Source: Bdellovibrio sp.
GTDB lineage: Bacteria; Bdellovibrionota; Bdellovibrionia; Bdellovibrionales; Bdellovibrionaceae
Direction: 5' to 3'
NCBI GenBank assembly: GCA_036676395.1
Contig: JAKFCY010000002.1
Location: forward strand, 448,001-512,000
Length of the DNA stretch: 64,000 nucleotides
The position numbers and the translations under genes are program-made. Under the pieces are notes generated by a model that did no database searches, was not told the origin of the DNA, and saw nothing but the letters and a program-made list of their open reading frames with translations. Of this stretch, positions 36,982-45,693 are shown in pieces (position 1 is the first letter of the stretch; the number at the start of each line of letters is the position of its first letter).

Positions 36982-38262
36982 TTAATCGTCCACCAGTGGA
37001 ATCCGAATTTCAATATTAGTTCCAACGCCTATTTTGGATTGGATCGCCAAAGTCCCGCCGGCACTTTCTAAAGTTTTTCGTGCATGAAAGATGCCGAGAC
37101 CATTACCTGCAGCTTTTGAGTCTTGCTTTCCGAAGCTAATTTCGCGAGACCCAAGTACTTCTAAGATATGATCAGGAATTCCTATTCCATTATCCATAAT
37201 TGAAATGAGAGCAAGCTTATCAAAATATCTCAGGTTAACTCTAACTTCACCGACTGACTCAATGGATTCAATAGCGTTGTTTAAAATGTTGGACAAAATT
37301 CGACCGATATCTCCATCGTTAATATTTGTCGAAACAAGTTTGGCGTCTAGGTCCAAGCTTAGCTGGATTTTGTTCCCAACTAAGCCTTGCGCTTCTTTTT
37401 CTTTAGCTATGTTACTAATGATTTGATCGAGCTGTGAGTGTCCGTTGGCTTGAGTACTTTGATAACGCTCACTTCGCGATTTTGCATTGTTTAGCAAATC
37501 ATCTGCAATTTGATTAATTCTATTAACAGAGTTTTCTATAAGTTCTTTTTGTTCGTGCGGCAGACTGTTATCTAAAGTGCTCAATACGACATTTAATGTA
37601 GAGAGTGGAGATCGAATATCATGTGCCACTTGCTTACTTAAAGAAACGATTGCCTTATCTTTTTCTACAGCGATTGCTTGTTGTTGGTAAGCTTTAAAAC
37701 GATCTGCCATCTCCCAAGCTAAAGCCCAAGCGGCAGAAAAATTTAACGATAATGGATGTGGAATATTCGCTGTGGAAAATAGTTTTTTAAAAGACAGAAC
37801 CATTTCGGAGCTTAAGTATCTTAAAACTATTATCGAAATAAAAATTATACCTACAAAACAAAGTGAAACGACTTTTAAAAAATCCCAGGGTATCGGATTT
37901 GGTCTGCAAAAATCTATGTCGAACTCAAAATACTGCTGAGTAACACACTGTCCGTCGGCTTGAAGTTTTTTATTTCCGCTTACGAATCTATCGGGATTGT
38001 TTAGCTCAGAAATAGCTACATAATATTCTTCATCCTTAAGTGATATCTTTTGAGTGAAGTCTCGTTTGTTTGTGCTTTTTAAGTAATGTCCATTCCCTTC
38101 TAAAATTAGACGGAACTCATAGTTAACTAGATCTTTATTTTTTTGATTAGTAATAGAGATGATACCGAAAACAGTGATGGCAAAAAGTATGATAGCTGTG
38201 GAGATGATGACACCCGAAATTAATTCAGGATTTACGCGAGTTAGGCGAGAGGATGAGGCCAT
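36982..38262 (-). CDS. Membrane sensor histidine kinase
   Basis: Two TM helices around a ~90-aa periplasmic domain; H-box VAHDIRSPL; N-box NILNNAIES; DNGIG; GNGLGI. Confidence 0.93.
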   Translation of the reverse strand: MASSSRLTRVNPELISGVIISTAIILFAITVFGIISITNQKNKDLVNYEFRLILEGNGHYLKSTNKRDFTQKISLKDEEYYVAISELNNPDRFVSGNKKLQADGQCVTQQYFEFDIDFCRPNPIPWDFLKVVSLCFVGIIFISIIVLRYLSSEMVLSFKKLFSTANIPHPLSLNFSAAWALAWEMADRFKAYQQQAIAVEKDKAIVSLSKQVAHDIRSPLSTLNVVLSTLDNSLPHEQKELIENSVNRINQIADDLLNNAKSRSERYQSTQANGHSQLDQIISNIAKEKEAQGLVGNKIQLSLDLDAKLVSTNINDGDIGRILSNILNNAIESIESVGEVRVNLRYFDKLALISIMDNGIGIPDHILEVLGSREISFGKQDSKAAGNGLGIFHARKTLESAGGTLAIQSKIGVGTNIEIRIPLVDD

Positions 38263-39167
38263 GAATTTATTCCTTTAATAGATTGAGTGCCCCAAGTTAA
38301 TTTATCCCAAGCAGGATTTGATGCGTATGCAACGGCAGGAAAATTTTGTGCTGGGGTCAATAAATTGATACTTATTTTATCTAGATTAAACAACTTTACT
38401 GGTGCTTTTGTAAAATCACCCTTTATTAAAAACTGAAAGGCTTCTAAATTTGCAGGTACCGAATAAAACTGTCTGTGGTCTTCAGGAATACCAACTGATG
38501 GCAATTTGACTGAGTCGACAATTTTTTGAAAATAAGAATTTTTCGCTAAAGAGATTAACAGTTTTTCTTCAGCGAGGTCGTTAAGAAAGCATGAATCAAA
38601 AATTGCTCCTAATTGTTTATGAATTATGAAACAAGTTAATACGTTGCCGGCACTGGAACTGACTTCGAACATGTAGGTTTTCCAACCATTTAAAGCCAAG
38701 CCAACACACAAAAGCTTATTTTTAAAACGTTGTACTTTAACTTTTTTCCAACCCGTTTTTTGCTGCCATGCTTGAATCAAGACGGCACGCTCTATAAGTT
38801 CTTCTCTAGATTTTTCTTGAGCCATAGAGTTAGTAGCACCAGCAGCAAATCCATTTGAGTTTTCCACTTGTGAAAAAGCAGGATTGCTACTATTTAAATG
38901 CTTTAACCACAGTCTTTCCCAAGCTTCTGCAAAAGCTTTTTGCATGGCTTTTAAATTAGATCGGTCAACACTATGGCCGATAGCTGTTTGATTAAATCCG
39001 CTAATTGTACATTCGTAAAAGTTAAAAGGAAAAAGGCCACCTGTATATTGGGCAAACTCCCAAACGATGGGAACCGTAAAACCATTTGAATCCTTCAATA
39101 AAGAAGTTTTGGACATCAGAAAATCTAGATCCCCAGGCCAGGTGAAATTATTTTCGGCGTAGGTCAT
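38241..39167 (-). CDS. YcaO-family protein (compact)
   Basis: KAFAEAWER (ExxER), NSNGFAAG followed by ELIER, C-terminal WPHPLA (PxP tail); probable start MTYAENN overlapping the upstream gene. Confidence 0.78.
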   Translation of the reverse strand: MTYAENNFTWPGDLDFLMSKTSLLKDSNGFTVPIVWEFAQYTGGLFPFNFYECTISGFNQTAIGHSVDRSNLKAMQKAFAEAWERLWLKHLNSSNPAFSQVENSNGFAAGATNSMAQEKSREELIERAVLIQAWQQKTGWKKVKVQRFKNKLLCVGLALNGWKTYMFEVSSSAGNVLTCFIIHKQLGAIFDSCFLNDLAEEKLLISLAKNSYFQKIVDSVKLPSVGIPEDHRQFYSVPANLEAFQFLIKGDFTKAPVKLFNLDKISINLLTPAQNFPAVAYASNPAWDKLTWGTQSIKGINSWPHPLA

Positions 39168-40554
39168 AAATACGAATTCGAGCGTCAAATTGATTCCAGT
39201 TAGAGGCATCGATATTTTCGCTTAACAAATATCGTTGTGTTCCAGTCATAAAAGGAATGGCGATAATTTTTCTCAGAATCGTTTCATGAAGGTTTAGCAG
39301 ATGTTGTTGTCGATTTTTTAGATCAACAGCATTAAATACTTGATCGTATTCTTTTTGAAAATTTACGCTCCAGGTGCTGAGTTGTCCAAACGGAGGGCTA
39401 GCTAAAAATGACCACGAGCCAGAAGCATCCTGTTGATTGCCTAAAAAAGAATAAACTCCTGCAAATTCATCATTATTAAAGGTCAAGCGATCTGTGTATT
39501 CAAACTCAGCCTTGATGTCATGATCTAAAAAAATCTGCTGCATTTTTTCTGTTAATTTTGGCATTTCTTTAAAGTTTGCACCTAATCTTATTTTGATAAT
39601 CAAAGTTGAAATGGCTTTTAATGGCTTTACATTCGGAGTGACATTTAAGCGCCCGTTGAAGCCCTTAGGGATCATCTGATCTTCCAGGAATAGTGAATTA
39701 TCAGGATCCGTTAACACCGAGACATAATCTCTGATTTCTTTTATAGCAGAAGCAAAAATTTGTCTGTTATTAATATCAAGGGCTTGTTTGTCTTGAGAAT
39801 TAAAGTGGAAAAATGTAATACTCATGGGATGCGATGACCAGATCTGTCTTGCGTTTGGTAAAACCATTTTTGTGTTTTTTAGGCTTGCTGCTGCGACGAT
39901 AGGAACAACATCGAAATGAATAGTTTTAAAAATCTGATTTCTTAAAGAAGGGTCCTTTAATTGTGTTAAAACAGCACTCATCGGCATTTCATCATTAAAG
40001 AGTGGGGAAAGTTTATTTGCAGAAAGCAATAGGGCACGTTCTGCATAGTTCCATGACTCAACAAAGTATGGTCCGACCGTTTTTGACCAACCAACCGTTT
40101 TATAATTAGAAGGGAACAAGCCTGAGTCTGCTAAAGAAAGCTCGTGAAGAATAGTAGTATCCATTTCAATTGGAAAATGAATTTTTAAAACACGCTCAGC
40201 TTCTAAAAACGTCACCTTATCAGCTAAGCTTAAATATTTAATATGCCTTTTGCTTCCAGTTCGAAGTGATTCTATCCATCCTAAAATTTCTTCTGAAGTA
40301 ACAGGGGTCCCATCAGACCATTTTCTTTGTGGCAAATGAAACACCCAAGTTTTTGGATCTTCTTGATAAAACCGATCAGCAAGACACCCTTCATAACCTG
40401 TCGCTGAAAACTTAGAATCTCGCACCAGTCCACAAGAAATATTTTCAAGTAAGTAATATTCCCAAATAGTTTCTGTATTATCGGGATCAAGGAGAGCTGG
40501 GGTTTCCTTTAGAAGCACAACTGGGAATAAAATTTTTATTGATGGCTTAGACAT
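39148..40554 (-). CDS. Family-5 (OppA/DppA-like) solute-binding protein without obvious signal peptide
   Basis: LDP...LADRF...WVFHL...KWSDGTPVTSEEI signature; TVGPY; C-terminal IPF; AAGGA RBS. Confidence 0.8.
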   Translation of the reverse strand: MSKPSIKILFPVVLLKETPALLDPDNTETIWEYYLLENISCGLVRDSKFSATGYEGCLADRFYQEDPKTWVFHLPQRKWSDGTPVTSEEILGWIESLRTGSKRHIKYLSLADKVTFLEAERVLKIHFPIEMDTTILHELSLADSGLFPSNYKTVGWSKTVGPYFVESWNYAERALLLSANKLSPLFNDEMPMSAVLTQLKDPSLRNQIFKTIHFDVVPIVAAASLKNTKMVLPNARQIWSSHPMSITFFHFNSQDKQALDINNRQIFASAIKEIRDYVSVLTDPDNSLFLEDQMIPKGFNGRLNVTPNVKPLKAISTLIIKIRLGANFKEMPKLTEKMQQIFLDHDIKAEFEYTDRLTFNNDEFAGVYSFLGNQQDASGSWSFLASPPFGQLSTWSVNFQKEYDQVFNAVDLKNRQQHLLNLHETILRKIIAIPFMTGTQRYLLSENIDASNWNQFDARIRIYDLRRK

Positions 40555-40635
40555 AATTTCCTTTTTAACAAAGATAGCAAAAAAAAATGCTATAGTTAAA
40601 AAAAAACTGCTAAAGATGATTTTAGCCTAGGAGTT

Positions 40636-40857
40636 TTAATCATTTTTTTTAATCGCTGTACAGTCCGTCGGTCCACAGTTTACGAGCGCACTATTTTCTT
40701 TCAAGTCTTTAATATCTATTTTTTTAATGTCGTTAACCTGATTTTTTTTATGTTCAGTTTTTAAGTCTTGGTTAATTGGACCAATTTGCAATTTAAATGC
40801 AGATGCTGTTCCAGCAAACATCACAATCGAACCAAGTAAAGATAAAAGCATTTTCAT
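40636..40857 (-). CDS. Small secreted peptide, putative RiPP/signal precursor (73 aa)
   Basis: AAGGGG RBS then MKMLLSLLGSIVMFAGTASA| signal peptide, charged spacer, C-terminal SALVNCGPTDCTAIKKND; first gene of the operon. Confidence 0.7.
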   Translation of the reverse strand: MKMLLSLLGSIVMFAGTASAFKLQIGPINQDLKTEHKKNQVNDIKKIDIKDLKENSALVNCGPTDCTAIKKND

Positions 40858-41122
40858 AAATAGCCCCTTTTTTGTCAAAAAATACCACGCTGTTGCCAGA
40901 TTTTCCATATTCATTTCGTTAGTAAGTCTTAAAATAGAAAACTATTTACTTTTTACAATTAAATCCGGTTATCGGATTTATGTATGAGTAATTTTGTTGT
41001 GGCAGCCGCTATAAAAGACTGTCTATAAGGATTGAGTCAGAGTTTGCTCATCTCAATCAGGATCCAAACAACTTAAGTACTAACTAGCTGACTTTACTTG
41101 TTATTTATTCTCAAAATAGGAC

Positions 41123-41152
41123 TTTACTTAGGTGTACACCAAGTGGTACTAT
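41123..41152 (+). promoter_or_regulatory. TA operon promoter with palindromic operator
   Basis: TTTACT-N18-TACTAT with a GTGTACAC palindrome in the spacer, resembling the TGTACA core of YefM-type operators. Confidence 0.5.
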
Positions 41153-41171
41153 CTAAATTAGAGGTATTTAT

Positions 41172-41429
41172 ATGCAAAATACAAATCCAAAACAATTTCG
41201 TGCTGAAATGAAAGATTACCTAGAGCTTGCAGCTAAGGAACCTATCCGCATTCAGCGTCGTGCCGGTGATTCTTATATCTTAGTTAAAGAAGAAGCTTAT
41301 CAAGAAATGCAGAACGAGATTTTATCTCTGCAAAGACGCTTACTTGGTATGTCACAGGCTGTTTCTGGACAGACTCAAGAATATAAAATTGGTGATCGAT
41401 CTAGATTAAAAAGACTTACACGAAAGTAA
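41172..41429 (+). CDS. Phd/YefM-family antitoxin
   Basis: N-terminal FRAEMKDYLELA..EPIRIQR..SYILV pattern; 85 aa; precedes a toxin-sized ORF. Confidence 0.8.
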   Translation: MQNTNPKQFRAEMKDYLELAAKEPIRIQRRAGDSYILVKEEAYQEMQNEILSLQRRLLGMSQAVSGQTQEYKIGDRSRLKRLTRK

Positions 41430-41432
41430 TCT

Positions 41433-41768
41433 GTGACCAAATTTATTTTAACAGACCAGTACAATAGCTCACTTGAGCGTATTGAAGACCATATTCTTAC
41501 AACAGCAGATATTTCTCATGTAGAAAAGTTCTTAGATGAACACGATCGCTTATTAAAGTTTATCGAACAAAACCCTGCAACTGCCGCAGTTCATCCACTC
41601 ACAGGAGACCAAACTTGGGTCTTTGCTAGTGGGCGATATCGCGTATTTTATAAAGCTGTTGATATTAGTGCCACGCTAACAATCTTCATGACCGATATTA
41701 TCGACAATCGTGAATTAAATAAGAAAATCTATCCTGCGAATAGTATTCCGACTTACGATGAAGATTAG
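41433..41768 (+). CDS. RelE/ParE-like toxin
   Basis: 111 aa, 3 nt downstream of the antitoxin; RYRVFY...IFMTDIIDNR pattern. Confidence 0.65.
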   Translation: MTKFILTDQYNSSLERIEDHILTTADISHVEKFLDEHDRLLKFIEQNPATAAVHPLTGDQTWVFASGRYRVFYKAVDISATLTIFMTDIIDNRELNKKIYPANSIPTYDED

Positions 41769-41929
41769 AAATTTTTAAAAGCGCAGTGAGTTGATAAAAC
41801 TCATTTACCCCTGCCGAACATGCACCTCGATAGATTTTAGTGGATTTTCGTGGACCTCGACATCTTCTAAGTTGTTGATGACACTGAAATCCGTAATCTT
41901 TTTAAGAGCTTGAAACAGGGGTGTAAGAG

Positions 41930-41950
41930 CCTATCGCCCCGACCAATTAT
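41930..41950 (+). repeat. att direct repeat, right copy
   Basis: CCTATCGCCCCGACCAATTAT. Confidence 0.92.
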
Positions 41951-42056
41951 CTAAAATATTTCATTTTACAAACTACATAAAAGCCTAAGTCGCAAAATTT
42001 ATAGCTAAATTTTTGTTATATTCGATAGCTAAAACTCGAGAGCTGATTCAATAAAA

Positions 42057-43940
42057 TTATTGTAAACGTAGTTTCTTACGAAAATACCAAATCAATAAAT
42101 TCTTTGAATAGTTTTGATCTAAGTTTTTTTCTGACAACGCATTAGAACTTTCAGCCACACGTAATGAAATCATAAATGAGATCGTAAGATTTAATAGGCC
42201 AGTTACGACAACTCCAAGTAAGGCCAAATAAATCGCTGGCTCAGAAAAAATTCCAAAGCCTAACGTATAAATGGCTGCAGCAAGTGTTCCCGAGGATAGC
42301 GTAACATGGCGAACATCTATTGGCAGACCTAAAAATTCTCCCATGATTGGAACAATTCCAAGTGTAAAACCAAGAGCCGCATTTCCACAAAGTGCGCCAA
42401 AATTATTTTTTATAAAATTCACCCAGGCTGCTTTTTTTACATGCGACAGAAATGGAAATATTTTTGGTGAGTTCATAATGATTTCATCAAACTTGTAAAC
42501 CTTAAAAAAGTTATCTGCAGCTCCCGTGATGAAAGTTGAAAACCATAAAATATAACCCGTAAGGAAAGCATAAAATGGTGTAAAACTAAAAATAGACATG
42601 GAGGCGATTTGCGCCTGAGCTTTTTCAGCACTCATAAAGCTCTGACTAAATACAATTTGGGATAGGAACGAAATGAGTAATACTGTAGGTATAACAATTC
42701 CTACATTGCCCAGCACAGCCAAGAACTGAGATTTAAATACGGAATCAATTTCAGCTAAAATCTCTTTTTTCGATAATTTATCCCATTGATAATTTAAATG
42801 CGCCGCGATTGCTGCCGGTTGTTTGGTGGCTAAAGTAAAACCTAATAAGTAAATAACGATAAAACTTAAGGCGTAATTTAAACTGTAAATAAAGCCCAGC
42901 AGAAATGGCGCTACATGCAAATACGATGAAAGGGTTTTTAATAAAACAGTGAATCCAGTGATAAAGCCGCCACCACAAGCGCTGGTAAAAAGTTTGGTGA
43001 TCGCCTGACGTGAACGGCCGACATAATAGTCACCTTTTTCTGCGCTGGTGAGCGATACGACCTCAATAAGTTGGCTGCTGTAATGAAAAAATTGAAATTT
43101 AAGAGAATAGAAGTTTTTTCGTTCAATAAGAATAGCGGCCAAATATTTAAAACTAAAACCGTCATAAAGTTTTATTAAATTTTGGAGTCTAATTAGCCGT
43201 GATTTTACTTTTTTAATTCGAAATAGTGAATTTAGCTGGACACCAGTTTCGCGAAAATCATCAACGATTGAATCGATGCCCTTCAAATTGTTTGCAGTTA
43301 ACTGGATAAGTAATTCTGTATCTCTGATCTCTGTGAGGCTAATAACTTGCAGTGTTTTTACAAAGTCTGAATTAAATTTACCAGAGGATGTCATTTTAAA
43401 GACCGATGAATAAATGTCGGACATGTTTTTGTTAGCCAGAATATAAATGGCCCGTATTAAAGACTGTCTGATTTCATTTTTTAAATAAATGATTTTATCA
43501 GGCGGGAAGTAGCTAAGAATTTTGTTAAGTTGAGATTGGTCTACATTTAAAGATTCATCAAAGTGAAAATCCAGCTGTAACGCCTCATCAACTAAATGCG
43601 AAATTTCACAGTCATTCGATGGAACAGTTATAAATTTTTGACAAAACGCCCAAATCACTTCGTGAATAAATGAGTCTGATTCGCCACTGAAGGTATGCAC
43701 CAGCAGCGAATCAAATTGTATGTTCTCAATAAAAACCAGCCATTGCTGGACAAAAACCTCTCGAAACAATGGGTCTTTTTCAAGTAAATTATTGAGGTCA
43801 TCAATTCTTTGATTAAGAGTAGTTTTACCATTGGTGTTTAATAACCAAGTGGCAAACATAATGTACCAATTCCAATCCCACTCTTTGCCCTGATGTGTTC
43901 CGAACGAAAGTAATTCAGGCAGGCTTATTTTTTGAGACAT
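42057..43940 (-). CDS. Multi-TM protein of the family commonly labelled 'putative site-specific recombinase' (SpecificRecomb/Gcr-like)
   Basis: GDYY, SACGGG, SLNYA, FTLATKQPA, DVRHVTLSSG motifs; hydrophobic C-terminal half. Confidence 0.75.
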   Translation of the reverse strand: MSQKISLPELLSFGTHQGKEWDWNWYIMFATWLLNTNGKTTLNQRIDDLNNLLEKDPLFREVFVQQWLVFIENIQFDSLLVHTFSGESDSFIHEVIWAFCQKFITVPSNDCEISHLVDEALQLDFHFDESLNVDQSQLNKILSYFPPDKIIYLKNEIRQSLIRAIYILANKNMSDIYSSVFKMTSSGKFNSDFVKTLQVISLTEIRDTELLIQLTANNLKGIDSIVDDFRETGVQLNSLFRIKKVKSRLIRLQNLIKLYDGFSFKYLAAILIERKNFYSLKFQFFHYSSQLIEVVSLTSAEKGDYYVGRSRQAITKLFTSACGGGFITGFTVLLKTLSSYLHVAPFLLGFIYSLNYALSFIVIYLLGFTLATKQPAAIAAHLNYQWDKLSKKEILAEIDSVFKSQFLAVLGNVGIVIPTVLLISFLSQIVFSQSFMSAEKAQAQIASMSIFSFTPFYAFLTGYILWFSTFITGAADNFFKVYKFDEIIMNSPKIFPFLSHVKKAAWVNFIKNNFGALCGNAALGFTLGIVPIMGEFLGLPIDVRHVTLSSGTLAAAIYTLGFGIFSEPAIYLALLGVVVTGLLNLTISFMISLRVAESSNALSEKNLDQNYSKNLLIWYFRKKLRLQ

Positions 43941-43966
43941 ACTTATTCCACCATTAAAGCTAAAGA

Positions 43967-44962
43967 CTATAAGTTATTGTTAAGTACCTGCCACATCGGC
44001 TTTGTTGACGGGACCATGTCTTGCATGAAGTACCACCAAAAATATCCTCCGATAAAACGGTCTTGCGAAATATTCATTCTATAATAACGTTCAATCATAT
44101 CTGTTTTCGCGGCTTGTGATTTAATTGTTCCGATTTCGCCAAAACCAATTTTAGAATTTGGAAACATTTGTGCAAGTTTTGCAAATACATCTTCCCAGTT
44201 AGGACGTAAGCCGTTGCAATCATCTTCGTAGTAACTGACAAACACATATTCAAGACCTGACTTCATTCTTGCGGGAACATTTTTACCGGCCCATGTAAAC
44301 ATCTCTTCGCTTGGATACATCCAGCAGGCTTCGTTATAGTATAAAGTGAGGGCTGTGGTTTTACCTTTTGATTTAATAAAATCATAGGCGCTCGTCATTT
44401 TCTGCGCGACTTCAGCGGCGTTACCTAGCCATTCTCCGTTAATTTCATTACCGATTTCCCAGATATCAACATAGGCATTAAGTGCGTTGTAATACTCTTC
44501 TGTGCGGGCTAAGTACTGCGCCGGTGTCACGTTTTTTACGTAGAAAGAATCTAACAATTCACCCATGACATAACTTACGCCGTGAATTTTTTGTGTAGGA
44601 CTTACGTAGTACGAAGCACTCATACCTTCATCAAACACAATTCGTGTGGTGGGTTTTTGTGACAGAGTTTTTAATGAGTTAACCGTATCATTGATATTTG
44701 CGACAGAATCAATGGTTACTCCATACATTTTTGTTGAGGGTGTTGGGTTAGGAGTTGGCGTTTGCGAAACCGGTGGGGTTTGTGAAACTGTAGGTGTTCC
44801 GGAAGTTATAGGTGTTGTTGGATCTTCAGGAGTTGAATCTGCGGTCTGGTTATTTGAACCAGACGAGCTTGTAGAATCTTTTTTGCAAGAAAAAGACGTT
44901 AAGGTTAAGATTAATAATAGAGAAATGACTATATTTTTTTTTGTTTTATTTCTTTTTTGCAT
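43967..44962 (-). CDS. Lipoprotein with putative glycoside hydrolase (clan GH-A-like) domain
   Basis: Lipobox SFSC; S/T/P-rich linker; WEIGNE and IGFGE motifs; GGYFWW. Confidence 0.6.
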   Translation of the reverse strand: MQKRNKTKKNIVISLLLILTLTSFSCKKDSTSSSGSNNQTADSTPEDPTTPITSGTPTVSQTPPVSQTPTPNPTPSTKMYGVTIDSVANINDTVNSLKTLSQKPTTRIVFDEGMSASYYVSPTQKIHGVSYVMGELLDSFYVKNVTPAQYLARTEEYYNALNAYVDIWEIGNEINGEWLGNAAEVAQKMTSAYDFIKSKGKTTALTLYYNEACWMYPSEEMFTWAGKNVPARMKSGLEYVFVSYYEDDCNGLRPNWEDVFAKLAQMFPNSKIGFGEIGTIKSQAAKTDMIERYYRMNISQDRFIGGYFWWYFMQDMVPSTKPMWQVLNNNL

Positions 44963-45201
44963 AGTCCTGCGAGAATAAGGAACATGCGTGCTGATTAAAA
45001 CCTTAGCGAGCTAAACAAAGACGAAAACTAATCATTGGTCTGGGAGAAAAAAACTCCCTGAAATTTAATCGGCTCGTTTAAAACGCGTAAAGGTTTATTC
45101 GAAAACATTGCGCTTGAAAAATTTGATAGTGAAAGATTTGATGGGTATCGCGGATATTAATATGCCAAGTGATGTGTCAGGTTTGAATTTAATGGCCACG
45201 A

Positions 45202-45555
45202 TTATTTGGCAGCTACGATTTCGCTGAGCTCTAAACTAACTTGTTTAAATTCTTGATCTAATGACTGCGCGATGGGTTTTGCCTGAGTTAAATCTTTAGC
45301 TTGTCCCATTTTTTCTAATTGCAGACAAAGTTGTGAAAGTCGCAAAGCGCCCATATTGCCAGAGCTTGATTTTAAGCTATGAGCTTTGTCTTGAACGCCA
45401 AGGGCATCGCCTGCAGCGATCGCATTATGAAGATCAGTTATAATTGTTTCGCTGGTTGAAATGAAAACGGTGTGTAGTTCTGCTAATAATTCCAAGCCAC
45501 CTAAAGCTTTTAGATTTTCAATGACATCTGCATCCACACTTTTTACCTGATTCAT
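45202..45555 (-). CDS. Stand-alone Hpt phosphotransfer protein
   Basis: AHSLKSSSGNMGA motif. Confidence 0.9.
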   Translation of the reverse strand: MNQVKSVDADVIENLKALGGLELLAELHTVFISTSETIITDLHNAIAAGDALGVQDKAHSLKSSSGNMGALRLSQLCLQLEKMGQAKDLTQAKPIAQSLDQEFKQVSLELSEIVAAK

Positions 45556-45693
45556 GAGAATATTAAAGCCTAAGTCTGCAAAAGCGTCATTAGTTTTTTT
45601 GTTTTGTCTGCCTTGCTGGACGAGCTCATTATAATTTTATTTAATTTGGAGATTTCTTGAAATTATTAAATATTTCGTCACAATAATTACAGG

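Noticed and set aside
40883..40900. Possible sigma54 promoter for the peptide gene (TGGCAAC-N4-TGGTA)
   Set aside because: The -12 element lacks the conserved GC.
42057..43940. Possible island integrase
   Set aside because: Outside the att repeats, membrane-type sequence, no catalytic recombinase motifs; the true integrase remnant is at ~36690-36960.
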